A DNA stretch of 64,000 nt. It comes from Cenarchaeum sp. Its GTDB lineage: Archaea > Thermoproteota > Nitrososphaeria > Nitrososphaerales > Nitrosopumilaceae. The stretch lies in NCBI GenBank assembly GCA_965242695.1, contig CBDESU010000001.1, forward strand, positions 32,001 to 96,000, in the 5' to 3' direction. A program made the translations under genes and the position numbers. Each line of letters starts with the position of its first letter. Position 1 is the first letter of the stretch. Positions 39,701 to 49,269 of this stretch are shown one piece after another. A model generated the notes under the pieces. The model worked only from the letters and a program-made list of their open reading frames with translations, was not told where the DNA came from and searched no databases.

Positions 39701-41683
39701 AGGGGCACGGGCATGCCGTACGAGGGGCCGATCAACGTCACGGTGGCGGCAGCGGAGAGGCGGGCGGCGGCCGCAGGCGCGCTCGGCGTCGCAGGCGACT
39801 CGGGCCGGATCGGCATCGTCGTGGAGATCGGCGATCCGAACGCGGACATTGCGCTCGACCGCCCGGCGCGCATACTGCTCGCCGGCCAGCCGGCGCCGGC
39901 CGACGTGTACCACATGGACAGCATGGGGACCGTGGCCAGGATCGCCGAGTGCGGCGATGCGGCGGCCGGCCCGGCCGGATGGCTGGCCGACAACCGCGAC
40001 AGCGTGCCGTTCTGCCATACGGTGGAGGGCGGGGCGGAGGCCGGCACGGGCGACTATGCGATCTACACGTACCGCCTCAGCGCATTCTTCGTCGTAGGCG
40101 AGGACGACGACGGCGGCACGGGCGGCGGCGGCGGCCCGGCGCCCGCGGTGTCCCGGGTCGAGCCGGCGAGCGCCAGCGGGACGTACGGGGAGGGCGAGGC
40201 GATCAGCATCGCAGTCGTGTTTACAGAGGGCGTCAACGTGACGGGCACGCCGCTGCTCGAGCTCGAGACGGGCGCAGTGGACCGGAACGCTACGTACGCC
40301 TCGTCAGACTCTGCGACGCTGATGTTCCGGTACGTGGTTCAGCGGGGCGACGCCACAATGGACCTGGGGTACACCGGCACGGACGCGCTGGCGCTCAGCG
40401 GCGGCGCGATCCGGGATGCCGACGGCAACGATGCAATCCTGGCACTTCCGGCACCCGGATCGCCGGGCTCGCTCTCGCACTCTGGCGACATTGCGATCGA
40501 TGCGCCCAACCGCTTGGTGCAAAGGATGACGGCCGTCCTGGTCGTCCCGGATGCGCCCCCGCCGGAGACTCGGGAGCCTCCGGCGCCGCAGGTCGTCGCA
40601 GCGCCGCCGCTTGCGCCGTTCGGAGGCGGCGGAGGCGGCGGCGGCGGCGGCGGGGGCGGCGCGCGTATCATGGCGGACGGCACCGGCCAGGTGATCCTCT
40701 ACTCGGCCGCATGGGACTGCAACGAGGGCACGATCCGAATAACTGCCAGCGACGCGGCCGGCGCCGACGTTAGCATCCTCTCGTCGGCCGGCGCGGTCGC
40801 CGCAAGAACGTCCGACGGGCCGCACCCAGAGGGCCGCACCGTCTACGAGGCGCCCCTCCCAGAGGATGCGATACTGTCGATCAGGGCCGCTGCGGTAGAC
40901 GGCAGGACAATGTCGACTGCGACAGAGGCGGTGCGGACGGGCGGGCAGTGCACGGGCGAGGCCGTGTTCAGGGCGTACGGAATGCCTGCCGACGCCGCGC
41001 AGCCGGAATCGGCCGACCGGGAGAGCCCGGCAGGCGAGCCGCCGACGTCCGATCGCCCTGATGCGCCTGAAGACCGGGAGAGCCCGGCAGGCGAGCCGTC
41101 GACGGCCGATCGCCCTGATGCGCCCGAAGACAAGGCGAAGGGGCAGTCCGACATGCCGCCGCCGCCCCGCGATCCGGACGAGGATGCGCCCGGTGCGGCT
41201 GATGCCGATCGCGTTGCGCCGCCAGCCGAGGCGCCGGCATCCTCCGAGCCTGATGCGCCCGGTGCCGAGGGCGACGACGAGGGCGGCTGCCTGATCGCGA
41301 CTGCCGCGCACGGGACAGAGATGGCCCCGCAGGTGCAGCGCCTGCGCGAGGTTCGCGACGGCACGCTCTTGACGACAGAGTCTGGCAGGGCGTTCATGGC
41401 CGCGTTCGGCTCTGCGTACTATGCATTCTCGCCGCAGGTGGCGGATCTGGAGCGCGAGCACCCGGCGTTCAGGCAGGCCGTCGCCGCGCTTGCCGCGCCG
41501 ATGCTGCTTGCGCTGCAGGTCGTCGATGCGGCCGAGCCCGGGTCAGAGCACAGCGTCGCAGCGTACGGCGCGCTGGCGATCGCACTCGTCATGGGCATGT
41601 ACGTCGCGGCGCCGGCAGCCGGCATGGGGTATGCGATCCGCCTTGCCCGGGGCGGGGGCGGCCTCTGCAAGCCACGTGTGTAG
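33704..41683 (+). CDS. Giant surface protein: signal peptide, 2x (beta-propeller + right-handed beta-helix), Ig-like module, CFI-box-CTERM
   Basis: YVTN-like blades (VDPDTGYVYV). LQKAIDAAPAGATVVVEPGTY followed by N-x-I/F parallel beta-helix repeats. GGCLIATAAHGTEMAPQVQRLREVRD near the end. Confidence 0.88.
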   Translation: MSYDSADVAPSRVAPPLLGGGGGRSGGTARPAVLYAASIAAVAVLAAAAALAPPDGSGTAFAQHADGITCPSAAAGSECVYHVTDALAIRDIKPTVIRVDPDTGYVYVSTVPHAGSRDFNYSYLNAYNSSANGYLPIAEFRFDEGINTRIADFEINSRTNELHVVHTWGLGDPSEGWTGQSHDGQGRANLTTIDLETHEISKTIRLYYNETTPLPGWSLWGTDRFLIHDIALDRERDLAYIGAERAPILVVDTSTTTLVPATVNRTGTNSGDDGWNAYAVGTISMSMSVDEDSGLVYAGVVVGNKLDDLHASWGIAALNFTGANGSATAHYERVAFHNVSSQQAPSDPWPCSNYYSYSCDVWDLSGEGARDARIEAIRLDGPNDKLFALYENHTVWAVPLGGDGLPSGAMTAVHIRTPEEEGRRDDASIHDIALDSQRGLLYASLRDYTDPRVIVMDSATEARVGVASTTSEPWDMGINPADGSVYVLPLWALGAYVIEAEPRTGLQKAIDAAPAGATVVVEPGTYANAVLDINKSLTLTTATGEPGAAKFTGYSRIEVEADDVAVRGLVFEDTDCMPGFGGSLVEIRTHNGITRENVTIEGNVFRDTCHAAIQKEGRGDVAGISIRNNTFVNIGLRLDPGMAGPLDTGGESEFQIMHGAIGLAHHPNQNTVSGNITGNYISGTSAAGIRVFNAHDMVISDNYIADTPASAIGLAHNPQNVVVRNNTIVGANSEPDLDYIGGIEGSGDADYWQFLRTYSIILESDTLSQDHPLHGDGKPAPDAAINVWSDGEDIRVEGNTIRDSDGAFTICTGVCAFESDGNVRGGDENGHAGWPPNTPDIRNIPFDRNITDARFVFADNVVHAYNGTDNNGALVRSDTIGELDASGNTFVGCGAGMAGRPVPTFGNVTTGSAVYEDAGCEYEYHVTRTLGVGDIIPHMVAVDEETGYVYVANTPHLGTRDQDYSHLRIYDGGTGEALGDIRFNGTNSRISDVEVAGGTVYVAHMWGIGDSSLGWDGRMWNGDGLMNLTAIEAGSYEVLGTIELVHGDGAGQNATRGVISDLALDPLRSRAYVSTASEGPVLAVDVSDPGSMMLMYTAAGNASAGEWSPYGAAGPASALAVDNGTGMVYAAARVGDRDDSTLHSWGIAMLDFGAGGAFGPNYTRAHFLNMSANPAPDPAEECGGDYNRHPCNEDVLVESLLLDAAGGRLLALYANHSVWAFGLDGAGYPANYTEVDVRQRDPAPGSYEDGYGRSRDHNQISDIALDGERRLLYASLHDFANPRVAVIDADTHERVGLASTSSQASSLGLDARTGAVYALPQWTPNAYVIEAAAKTRLQSVIDGALPGEAVRLLRGTHDDTVLDVTRPLTLASASDLPGSVTFTGYSRIEVEADNTAIRSLSFRDTDCMPGLAASLVEIRTYGNDYTRSNVTVEGNAFSDTCHAAVQQEGVGRLDNVQVRGNTFVNIGLKVPDGRMQPIDTGGENEFQLFHGAIGLAHHPSQMPVSGVVADNRIVNTSAAGIRVFNADGMAITGNYVEGTPASGIGLAHGPSNTAVANNTLVRTNSEPNLDYLDGIEGSGEPGYYGFINFDRPNPHAYLGLQKVRDGPPYAVPSPDAAVSVWAGAVNVSVTGNTIRGSDGAFTVCTGVCAFESDGPVRDNPRNVPSNDVPVNEQVRFAGNTIHAHNGTDNNGRLVRSYALGTLDATGNTFVGIDAAGAAAGMVRADAGGEPIGTAVVAAFVSPGRILAIYGAPLGPPAGHAGPVYGSVTGPGGLDEAPAGESGLYTKVHAIEIGGDGVDSMQSGTIALSVDLEGIDRSGTHYAFRGDSIPVRPSGTNAAAASAAFTSPGTARIVYGAPLAASASDYTGLRVGPLNASAAVLGVSGSGTAAHTLSIKSDYAVTAATAGYIDIAPLALLPDGGLFAGADGLPIGSGLGAGTTAVAPPGSDPFVIEADTFADSLNGTGSAAIRVPGGAIPAVNFTVSMEAATITFASRTSITDRGTGMPYEGPINVTVAAAERRAAAAGALGVAGDSGRIGIVVEIGDPNADIALDRPARILLAGQPAPADVYHMDSMGTVARIAECGDAAAGPAGWLADNRDSVPFCHTVEGGAEAGTGDYAIYTYRLSAFFVVGEDDDGGTGGGGGPAPAVSRVEPASASGTYGEGEAISIAVVFTEGVNVTGTPLLELETGAVDRNATYASSDSATLMFRYVVQRGDATMDLGYTGTDALALSGGAIRDADGNDAILALPAPGSPGSLSHSGDIAIDAPNRLVQRMTAVLVVPDAPPPETREPPAPQVVAAPPLAPFGGGGGGGGGGGGGARIMADGTGQVILYSAAWDCNEGTIRITASDAAGADVSILSSAGAVAARTSDGPHPEGRTVYEAPLPEDAILSIRAAAVDGRTMSTATEAVRTGGQCTGEAVFRAYGMPADAAQPESADRESPAGEPPTSDRPDAPEDRESPAGEPSTADRPDAPEDKAKGQSDMPPPPRDPDEDAPGAADADRVAPPAEAPASSEPDAPGAEGDDEGGCLIATAAHGTEMAPQVQRLREVRDGTLLTTESGRAFMAAFGSAYYAFSPQVADLEREHPAFRQAVAALAAPMLLALQVVDAAEPGSEHSVAAYGALAIALVMGMYVAAPAAGMGYAIRLARGGGGLCKPRV

Positions 41684-41998
41684 GCGCCGGGTTGCCGCCC
41701 CGCCGCATCTCCGATGGCGGTGCGGCGGGCAGTGGGCGGCGGGACGGATGCAGGGGCGGGGACGAGCCGGCGCGGGCCGCCTGCACCGCCCGGTACGATC
41801 CGTGATCTCTCCCCCTGCTTGCCTGCCTGCCGTCCGGCGCCCGCCGGCGGGCCCCGCACCGCCTTGTGCTGCATCGGGAGGCGGTGCATCCCAGCCCCGC
41901 CCCGCTGGGCGCGCGTTCGACCGCGCCCGCGCCCTGCGGCGGCGCATTGCGCCGCCCCCGCGATCCGCTTAATTAGGGCGGCCGGCGGCGGCGCGCCG

Positions 41999-42664
41999 AT
42001 GGGCAAAAAGTCCTCGGCCAAGCGGGGCGGCAAGGGCGGCGGCGCCGCGCCAGCCGGGGGCCGCTCCTACCGCGATGCGCCGCACCGGACCGAGGCCGAG
42101 AGGCGCGAGAGCCACGCGGCCAAGCGCAGCAAGAGCAAGAGGCGCAACTACATGGTCGTGATCGGAGCGGCCGCCGCCGTGGCGGCCATCGTAGGGTGGT
42201 CTGCGTACACGTTCACCACCCTCCAGCCTGCCGTCTCGGGCATACCCCCGGGGGCGGGCCTGTACGGCGACGAGCACGAGCACGCCTCGATACTCGTCGT
42301 CATATTCGGCGACCGGTTCGACTTTTCAGGCCCGTCGTTCCAGATACAGAACCGCTGGATACACTTCGAGGCGCAGGACGGGACGACCATACACCGCCAC
42401 TCGTCGGGCGTGACTACGGGGTACCTCTTCGAGACGCTCGACATACGCGTCGACGAGGACTGCTACGTGTTCCCCGACGGCCGCGAGTTCTGCACCAACG
42501 AGGACTTTGAGCTGCGCTACTACGTCAACGGCGAGCAGGTCGACTCGGTCAACGACTACGTGTTCGGCGACCAGGACCGCATACTCGTGACGTACGGCAA
42601 CGAGACGCCCGAGGAGATCAACGAGTACCTGGCCGAGCTCAACGCGCAGCCGATAGTGGCCTAG
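41999..42664 (+). CDS. Conserved thaumarchaeal membrane-anchored protein (His-rich motifs)
   Basis: TM helix then HEHASIL...WIHFE...IHRHS; TTAATTA box upstream of ATG. Confidence 0.8.
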   Translation: MGKKSSAKRGGKGGGAAPAGGRSYRDAPHRTEAERRESHAAKRSKSKRRNYMVVIGAAAAVAAIVGWSAYTFTTLQPAVSGIPPGAGLYGDEHEHASILVVIFGDRFDFSGPSFQIQNRWIHFEAQDGTTIHRHSSGVTTGYLFETLDIRVDEDCYVFPDGREFCTNEDFELRYYVNGEQVDSVNDYVFGDQDRILVTYGNETPEEINEYLAELNAQPIVA

Positions 42665-42723
42665 CCGCGGCCGGCGCCGCCCCGGCAAAACCCAATATAC
42701 CGACCGGCCGGCGCGGCGGCGGC

Positions 42724-44511
42724 ATGCCGGAGGGAGCGGGCGGAAGCGGGGACCGCGGCGGGGACCGCGCGGGCCCAGCCATATCGAGCCGGAACGTCCT
42801 CGAGGGCGCCGAGCGCGCGCCGCATCGGGCCATGTACAAGGCCATGGGCCTCGACGATGCCGACCTGTCGCGGCCGCTCGTCGGCGTGTGCCACACGGGC
42901 AACGAGGCGACGCCGTGCAACGTGCACCTCGCCGGCCTGGCCGCCGAGGCCAAGCGCGGCGCGTCTGACGGCGGGGCCACGCCGCGCGAGTTCTCTACGA
43001 TTGCGGTGAGCGACGGGATTGCGATGGGCCACGAGGGCATGAAGTCCTCGCTCGTCTCGCGCGAGGTCATCGCCGACTCGATCGAGCTCATGGTCAGGGC
43101 GCACCAGTACGATGCGCTCGTCGGCATCGCCGGCTGCGACAAGTCGCTGCCGGGGACCATGATGGCCATGGCCCGCCTCGACGTGCCGTCCGTGTTCGTG
43201 TACGGCGGGACGATAATGCCCGGCGAGCTCGGCGGCCGCGAGCTTACCGTGGTGGACGTGTACGAGGCCGTCGGCGCGCACGCCTCGGGCGCCATCACGG
43301 CCGGCGACCTCCGCGACATAGAGAACGCGGCCTGCCCGGGGGCCGGATCGTGCGGCGGCATGTTCACGGCCAATACCATGGCGTCAATCTCGGAGGCCGT
43401 CGGGCTTGCGCTGCCCGGCAGCGCCTCGCCTCCAGCCGAGGACTCTAGGCGCCGCAGGGCCGTATACGATGCGGGCGCCGCGTGCGCGGCCCTGCTAGAG
43501 TCGGGCACGCGGCCGAGCGACATACTCTCGTTCGAGGCGTTTGAGAACGCGATCGCGATGCTAAACGCCGTCGGCGGCTCGACCAACGGCATACTGCACC
43601 TGCTCGCACTCGCCCGCGAGGCCGGCGTGCGCCTCACGTACGACGACTTTGAGAGGGTGCGCAAGCGCACGCCGCACATCGCCGACATGAAGCCGGGAGG
43701 GGGCTACGTCATGAGCGCGCTCGACAGGGCAGGCGGCATCCCGTACGTAATGGCCCGCCTGCATGCGGCGGGGCTGCTCCACGGCGAGTGCCTCACCGTC
43801 ACGGGGCGCACGCTCGCCGAGAACCTGGACGGCGCCGCGGCGGCCGCGGCCGCGGCATCGGGGGGATCCGCCGTGGCCGATGCCGGCGCGGCGGCATCCG
43901 CGCCTCCGGGGCGGATCGTGCGCCCCGTGTCGGACCCGATACACCGCACGGGGACGGCGGTCATACTCCGCGGCAGCCTCGCCCCGGACGGGGCCGTCAT
44001 CAAGACGGCCGGCGTCGAGATGGACAGGTTCGAGGGGCCGGCGCGCGTGTTCGACCGCGAGGAGGACGCCTTTGCCGAGGCCTCGCGCGGCGGGATATCG
44101 CCGGGCGACGTCGTCGTGATCCGGTACGAGGGCCCGCGCGGCGGCCCCGGAATGCGCGAGATGCTCGCCACGACGGCGGCCCTCGTCGGGCAGGGGCTCG
44201 GCAGGCGGGTGGCCATGGTGACGGACGGGCGGTTCTCGGGCGGCACGCGCGGGTTCATGGTGGGGCACGTCGCGCCGGAGGCGTTCGCCGGCGGGCCCAT
44301 CGCGCACGTGCGCGACGGCGACCGCGTGCGCATAGATGCCGCGTCGGGATCGATCGACCTGCTCGTCGATGCGGCCGAGCTTGCGGCGCGGGCGCGCGGC
44401 TGGGAGCAGCCAAGGCCGAACTACGCGTCCGGCGCCCTTGCAAAGTACGCGTCCCTTGTCGGCTCGGCCGCCGAGGGGGCCGTCACGAGGCCGGCCGCCG
44501 CCGCGGCATGA
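42724..44511 (+). CDS. ilvD: Dihydroxy-acid dehydratase
   Basis: [52 protein letters not shown]. Confidence 0.97.
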   Translation: MPEGAGGSGDRGGDRAGPAISSRNVLEGAERAPHRAMYKAMGLDDADLSRPLVGVCHTGNEATPCNVHLAGLAAEAKRGASDGGATPREFSTIAVSDGIAMGHEGMKSSLVSREVIADSIELMVRAHQYDALVGIAGCDKSLPGTMMAMARLDVPSVFVYGGTIMPGELGGRELTVVDVYEAVGAHASGAITAGDLRDIENAACPGAGSCGGMFTANTMASISEAVGLALPGSASPPAEDSRRRRAVYDAGAACAALLESGTRPSDILSFEAFENAIAMLNAVGGSTNGILHLLALAREAGVRLTYDDFERVRKRTPHIADMKPGGGYVMSALDRAGGIPYVMARLHAAGLLHGECLTVTGRTLAENLDGAAAAAAAASGGSAVADAGAAASAPPGRIVRPVSDPIHRTGTAVILRGSLAPDGAVIKTAGVEMDRFEGPARVFDREEDAFAEASRGGISPGDVVVIRYEGPRGGPGMREMLATTAALVGQGLGRRVAMVTDGRFSGGTRGFMVGHVAPEAFAGGPIAHVRDGDRVRIDAASGSIDLLVDAAELAARARGWEQPRPNYASGALAKYASLVGSAAEGAVTRPAAAAA

Positions 44512-44585
44512 CGCGGCCGCCCCTGGGCGCAGTGCGAAAATTCCGGCCGGAAAAGCGGCCGTGGGGGAAGGCTGCCGGACCCCTG

Positions 44586-44786
44586 TCATGCGTGCATGCT
44601 GCACCGCAGGACGGTGCGGCCGCTCGAGCTGTCCGCCGACAGCGAGTAGCCGTCCTCCAGGCCCCTGCCGCACACGTGGCAGGCGACCGGCTCGGCGCTT
44701 GTCATGAGGTATGCGGCCGAGCCGTCGGGCAGGAAGACGTCGTGGATGACGACGGGCCTGAGCATGTTCGATCTTCTGCTGCTCAT
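44586..44786 (-). CDS. Small putative zinc-binding protein
   Basis: CHVC...CSMH; TTAATA box upstream. Confidence 0.65.
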   Translation of the reverse strand: MSSRRSNMLRPVVIHDVFLPDGSAAYLMTSAEPVACHVCGRGLEDGYSLSADSSSGRTVLRCSMHA

Positions 44787-45168
44787 GGGCGGGCCGCCAC
44801 ACGGCCCCCTATTAAGCATACCGTACGCTTACAGGGCTTTATAGGGGCCATACGGCAGAGTATGGGTGCTTGACGTCCGTGTGACGCACGGCGCACGGGG
44901 CGATCGCCGGCGGCCCGGCCCTGCCGCCCGCCCGGGCACGACGTCGCGGCGCTTGCGCGGGCAGCCGGGATCCGACCATCGCGGCGCCCTGCGCCTGCTC
45001 GAACCGGCGGCCTTCCAGGCCGTGCCAGAAGTCGCTCCTGCGCGCCGCGCCGCCGGCCCTCGCAGCCAGCGCCTTGGATCGCCCTGGGCCGCATCTGGCG
45101 CTGGCCGGGCGCTTGGCCCGCTGGCCGGACGGGCCGGACGCCGCGCGCCGGCGCTGCGGGCGCCGGCG

Positions 45169-46956
45169 CTAGCGGCCGCCCTTCTTCCTACGACCCGCCC
45201 TGCCGGCCGCCGCCGCGGCCTTTCTCCACGCCGCGGCGGCCTTTTGCGCGTCGGGGTCGGCCTGCCCGCGCGCCGCCTCGCCGTCCGCCCATGCCGCCGA
45301 CCGCCTGGACGCGGCGGCCTCCATCCTCCGAATCTCGGACGACAGCCGCGCCGTCTCCCCCGCATGCTCTTCGGCCGCAGCCGACAGCATGCGCGCCTGC
45401 CCTGCATCCTCCCGCGCGCCTGCCTGCACCGACGGCAGCGCGTCGCGGTCGCCGTCCCACCTGTACCCTGCCGACGACCACCGGTCAGAACTCTCTGCCA
45501 GCCTGATTGCGTCCAGCAGCAGCGCCTTTGCCCAGTCGATTGCACTCGCCACAAGATCGGACGCGGTCAGCGCATAGCCGTGCGACCGTATGGACCGCTC
45601 CGTCATGGACGCGTCGTGATTTGGCTCCGCTGCCAGCCTGTACGCCTTCGCAGCCTCGAGCTGCTTTTTCCCGGCCGCATTGCTGAGATCGGCCGAGCGG
45701 CTGAACGCCCCGGCGGCCCGATCCGATGCCTTCGCGGCATCCATCAGCAACTCCCCCACGCGCCCCATCTCATCCGCGTCTACCGCGCCCTGCGCATCGA
45801 TCGACCGCCCGAACGCCTCCGCCGCCCGCCCCCTGGCATCGTCGGCCTCGGCCCCGGCCGCCCATCCCTTCCTGCGCTTTGCCCATGCCGCATGATCTCG
45901 AATCGATCCCTCCCACGCCATTGCATCGGCGGCCGCCTCCCAGAGTGCGGCCGCCGCCGGCTTTGTCCCGCCTGCTCCGCCTCCGAGCCGATCGATCTGC
46001 CGCTCTCCGCCGAGCCCCGCCGCGCCGCCCCGGCCGCCATGCTCTTCCGATCCGTCTTCGGCGGCGCGCCCGCCGGCGCTTCGTGCCCCCCGCATGCGGC
46101 CGGCAGCGGCGGCGCGCCCGCCGCCCGCCTCCGCCGCCCGGCTTTTCGGCCCCTCGCCCCTGTCAGCCCTGCCGGCCGATGCCGCGGCCTCCTTCCATGC
46201 CGCCACGGCCTCTTCCTCGTCGGGGCCGGCCCGCCCGCGCGACGCCGCCGCCCTCTCGGCCGCGCCCGCCGCCTTTTCGGCCACGGTCGCCGTCATGTCC
46301 CTCACCGCCTCTGCCGCCCTCTCCCCCTCCTTCGCGAGCTCGGCCATTTCAGCCGGCTTTGTGCGGTTGTGCCTAGCATTCTCCCACGAGCCGGCCAGCC
46401 AGGGCGCCTGGGCGGCCTGGCTGCCGCCCAGAATGGGCGTGTCGGGCGCCCGCTTGGCCGCGCCGGCCGCCAGCCGCTCGGCATCCAGCACGATCCCCTT
46501 CGCATCCTCGGCCACGGCCGCCGCCATCATGGCCTCCGTGCGCGCATTCTTGTGTGACTCTTCCGCCCATTCGCGCATCATCTGCGCCCGTTCCGCCTCC
46601 GCGGCCCGCCCGTGCGCCGCGGAAGACCTGGTTTTCGCATCCCCTGCCGCCTCTTTCATCTCCGACGCCCGCATGAACCCCCTGGCCGACTCCCTCATCG
46701 ACGCCGCGGCCTGCGACATTCCCCTCGCCGCCCGTTCCGCCGCGCCCGGGCCCGCGCCCGCCCGGCCCTGCGCATCGGCCGCGTTGCCGCCCGCATCCCC
46801 CGCCGCGTCGTCTGCAGCTGCCTTGGCCTCCCAGGCCGCCCTGCGCGCCCTCCATGCGGCATGCTCGTGTATGGACGCCTCCCACGCCATTGCCTCGCTT
46901 GCCGCCGCCCACCGCGCCGCGGCCGCCGAGGACGACGACGACAAAGCATCTCCCAT
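45169..46956 (-). CDS. Ala-rich helical hypothetical protein with internal two-fold repeat
   Basis: AAAxWxAAxxAMAWExSIxxHAAW occurs twice; CATAAAGG box upstream. Confidence 0.6.
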   Translation of the reverse strand: MGDALSSSSSAAAARWAAASEAMAWEASIHEHAAWRARRAAWEAKAAADDAAGDAGGNAADAQGRAGAGPGAAERAARGMSQAAASMRESARGFMRASEMKEAAGDAKTRSSAAHGRAAEAERAQMMREWAEESHKNARTEAMMAAAVAEDAKGIVLDAERLAAGAAKRAPDTPILGGSQAAQAPWLAGSWENARHNRTKPAEMAELAKEGERAAEAVRDMTATVAEKAAGAAERAAASRGRAGPDEEEAVAAWKEAAASAGRADRGEGPKSRAAEAGGGRAAAAGRMRGARSAGGRAAEDGSEEHGGRGGAAGLGGERQIDRLGGGAGGTKPAAAALWEAAADAMAWEGSIRDHAAWAKRRKGWAAGAEADDARGRAAEAFGRSIDAQGAVDADEMGRVGELLMDAAKASDRAAGAFSRSADLSNAAGKKQLEAAKAYRLAAEPNHDASMTERSIRSHGYALTASDLVASAIDWAKALLLDAIRLAESSDRWSSAGYRWDGDRDALPSVQAGAREDAGQARMLSAAAEEHAGETARLSSEIRRMEAAASRRSAAWADGEAARGQADPDAQKAAAAWRKAAAAAGRAGRRKKGGR

Positions 46957-47073
46957 GCGGCGGCCTGCGCCGCATGGCCGCCTTTATGCCGTTCGGCCGG
47001 GCCCAGCCCGCGCCCCGGCCGCCGCCGGCCGCGCCGGGGCGCATGCCGGCGCGCCGCCGCCGGCCGCCCCGCC

Positions 47074-47706
47074 CTACCACGACGGCTCGTCGCGCATCAC
47101 GGCCCGGCCCGACTCGACGGCAAACCCCATGGCCTCGAGCGTCGCGCGGGCCGTCGGCGAGTTGCGATCGAGTATGTTCTGGGCAAGGCGCTCCCTGTGC
47201 TCCCTGCCCAGGTGCTGCCCTATCTTGTACTTGCCGCGCATGCTCTCGGGGGTGACGCGCATGATCGCGACGTGGTCGACGACGTCCATCTCGGGCCTTA
47301 TCGGCTCGTACCTGCCCTCGGGCTGGTACTTTGCCATGAGGGCGTTGAGCGCGGCGGCCTTTTCCTTCCTGTCATCGACTATGCTGCACAGCCCCTTTGC
47401 GACGACGCTCACGTACAGCGTGTCGGCGAGCGACGCGTCGGCCGGATCCTCAAAGTACGACGGCAAAAACTCCAGCTCACGGTCGACCTCGAAGCCGACG
47501 CGGGGGTTGCGCCTGGCGTTGTCGAGCTTTTCGCCCCTCGTGTGCGAGTGCATGTAGATCGACCCGCCCATGTAGGCAAAGTTCATCGGAATGACCTGCG
47601 GGTACCCGTCGGCGTCGATCGTCGCGATGCGCCCGACGTGCTCCGCATCGAGGAACTCGGCGATCCTCTCGGGCGACCTGATCTCGAGCCTGCCTGCAAG
47701 CTGCAC
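47074..47706 (-). CDS. Pyridoxamine 5'-phosphate oxidase/NimA-like flavin-binding protein
   Basis: GRIATIDADGYPQVIPMNF...HSHTRGEKLDN...YVSVVAKG. Confidence 0.9.
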   Translation of the reverse strand: MQLAGRLEIRSPERIAEFLDAEHVGRIATIDADGYPQVIPMNFAYMGGSIYMHSHTRGEKLDNARRNPRVGFEVDRELEFLPSYFEDPADASLADTLYVSVVAKGLCSIVDDRKEKAAALNALMAKYQPEGRYEPIRPEMDVVDHVAIMRVTPESMRGKYKIGQHLGREHRERLAQNILDRNSPTARATLEAMGFAVESGRAVMRDEPSW

Positions 47707-47758
47707 GCCCGTCCGGCCGCCCGCGCCGATATAAGCGCCGCGCCGCCGCCCGGCGCCC

Positions 47759-49021
47759 CTAGATGTAGTCCTTGCCCATGGCGCCCCTCAGGGCGCGCGG
47801 CACCTCTATGCGCCCGTCGCCCGTCTGGAAGTTCTCGATTATGGCCACCATGGTGCGCGTCGTGGCCACGACCGTGCTGTTGAGCGTGTGGACTAGCCCG
47901 GTCGGCACGTCGGGGCTGTCCCTGTACCTGACGGCGAGCCTCCTTGCCTGGTAGTCCAGGCAGTTCGAGCACGAGACGACCTCCCTGTACGCCCCCTGCG
48001 AGGCCATCCACGCCTCGATGTCGTACGTCTTGGCAGACACCTTGCCCATGTCGCCGCTAGAGAGGAGCACGACGCGGTGCGCCAGGCCGAGGCTCCTGTA
48101 GTACTCTTCGGCCGCCGACAGCATCCTCTCGTGCTCGGCCCACGACTCGTCGGGCCTTGCGAACACGAACTGCTCGACCTTGTCGAACTGGTGCACCCTG
48201 AATATGCCCTTCTGGTCGCGCCCGTGCGCGCCGGCCTCTTTGCGGAAGCACGGGCTCACGCCGGCGTACCTGACCGGCAGCGACTTGCCATCTAGTATCT
48301 CGCCTGCATGCATTGCGGCCATCGCGTGCTCGGACGTCCCGATCAGGTACAGGTCGTCGCCGTCTATCTTGTATATGACGTCCTCAAAGTCGTCGGCGAT
48401 TACGGCCCCGTCCATCGACCTCCTGTTGAGCATGTACGGGGGCTGGACGGGCTCGTACCCCCTTGCGGCGAGCATGTCGAGCGCGTGCGATATGAGGGCG
48501 TGGTTGAGGCGGACGAGGTCGCCCTTCAGGTAGTAGAAGCGCGCGCCGGCCGCCTTCGCGGCCCTCTCCAGGTCGACAAGGCCCCTCGACACGGACAGGT
48601 CGACGTGGTCGCGCGCCGGCGCGCCGCCTTCTGCACTGCCCCACCTCCGCACCTCGACGTTGGCCGAGTCGTCGGGGCCGACGGGCACCGACTCGTGCAG
48701 GACGTTGGGCATGGACCTTGCGAGCCGGTCGTACCCGGCCTCGGCAGCCCTCTTTTTTTCCTCGGCCGCATCGATGGCGGCCGACAACTCGCGCATCTGC
48801 CCGATCAGGCCGGCCGCCTCGGCGCCGCCCCCGGCCTTCTTGGCCCTCGAGATCGCCGCCGCAAGCTCGTTGCGCCGCCTCTTGAGGGACTCGGCAGCGC
48901 CGATCGACTCGACGCGGGCCGCATCGGCGCCTATCAGCGCGTCCAGGTCGTACGCCGACCCCCTCGCCGAGAGCATGTCCCTGAGGGGCCCCGGCTCGCC
49001 GAGAAGCTTGCGGTCGATCAC
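47759..49021 (-). CDS. serS: Seryl-tRNA synthetase
   Basis: YLIGTSEH, FRKEAGAHGRD, FRVHQFDKVEQF, EVVSCSNC, HTLNST. Confidence 0.98.
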   Translation of the reverse strand: MIDRKLLGEPGPLRDMLSARGSAYDLDALIGADAARVESIGAAESLKRRRNELAAAISRAKKAGGGAEAAGLIGQMRELSAAIDAAEEKKRAAEAGYDRLARSMPNVLHESVPVGPDDSANVEVRRWGSAEGGAPARDHVDLSVSRGLVDLERAAKAAGARFYYLKGDLVRLNHALISHALDMLAARGYEPVQPPYMLNRRSMDGAVIADDFEDVIYKIDGDDLYLIGTSEHAMAAMHAGEILDGKSLPVRYAGVSPCFRKEAGAHGRDQKGIFRVHQFDKVEQFVFARPDESWAEHERMLSAAEEYYRSLGLAHRVVLLSSGDMGKVSAKTYDIEAWMASQGAYREVVSCSNCLDYQARRLAVRYRDSPDVPTGLVHTLNSTVVATTRTMVAIIENFQTGDGRIEVPRALRGAMGKDYI

Positions 49022-49269
49022 CGCCGCGTCACCCCGAGGGCCACCTGCACGTGGCCTAGCACCTCGTCTATCGTGGATGCGAGCGACGAGACCCTTGCCG
49101 CGCCGCGCGACTCGAACTCTAGCGTCATGGACGTCTCGCCCGCGTCGATGCGCATCGACAGCCCCTCGGGGAACCCCGTGTTGTCGGGCTCGAGGGCGGC
49201 CGCGGCGGCGGCTGCCCCGCCCGGCGGCAGGTCACGAAGCACTATCGTCACCGTGCACCCTGGCGACAT
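49018..49269 (-). CDS. pcc1: KEOPS complex subunit Pcc1
   Basis: ALEPDNTGFP motif; position between the DHH gene and serS. Confidence 0.75.
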   Translation of the reverse strand: MSPGCTVTIVLRDLPPGGAAAAAAALEPDNTGFPEGLSMRIDAGETSMTLEFESRGAARVSSLASTIDEVLGHVQVALGVTRR

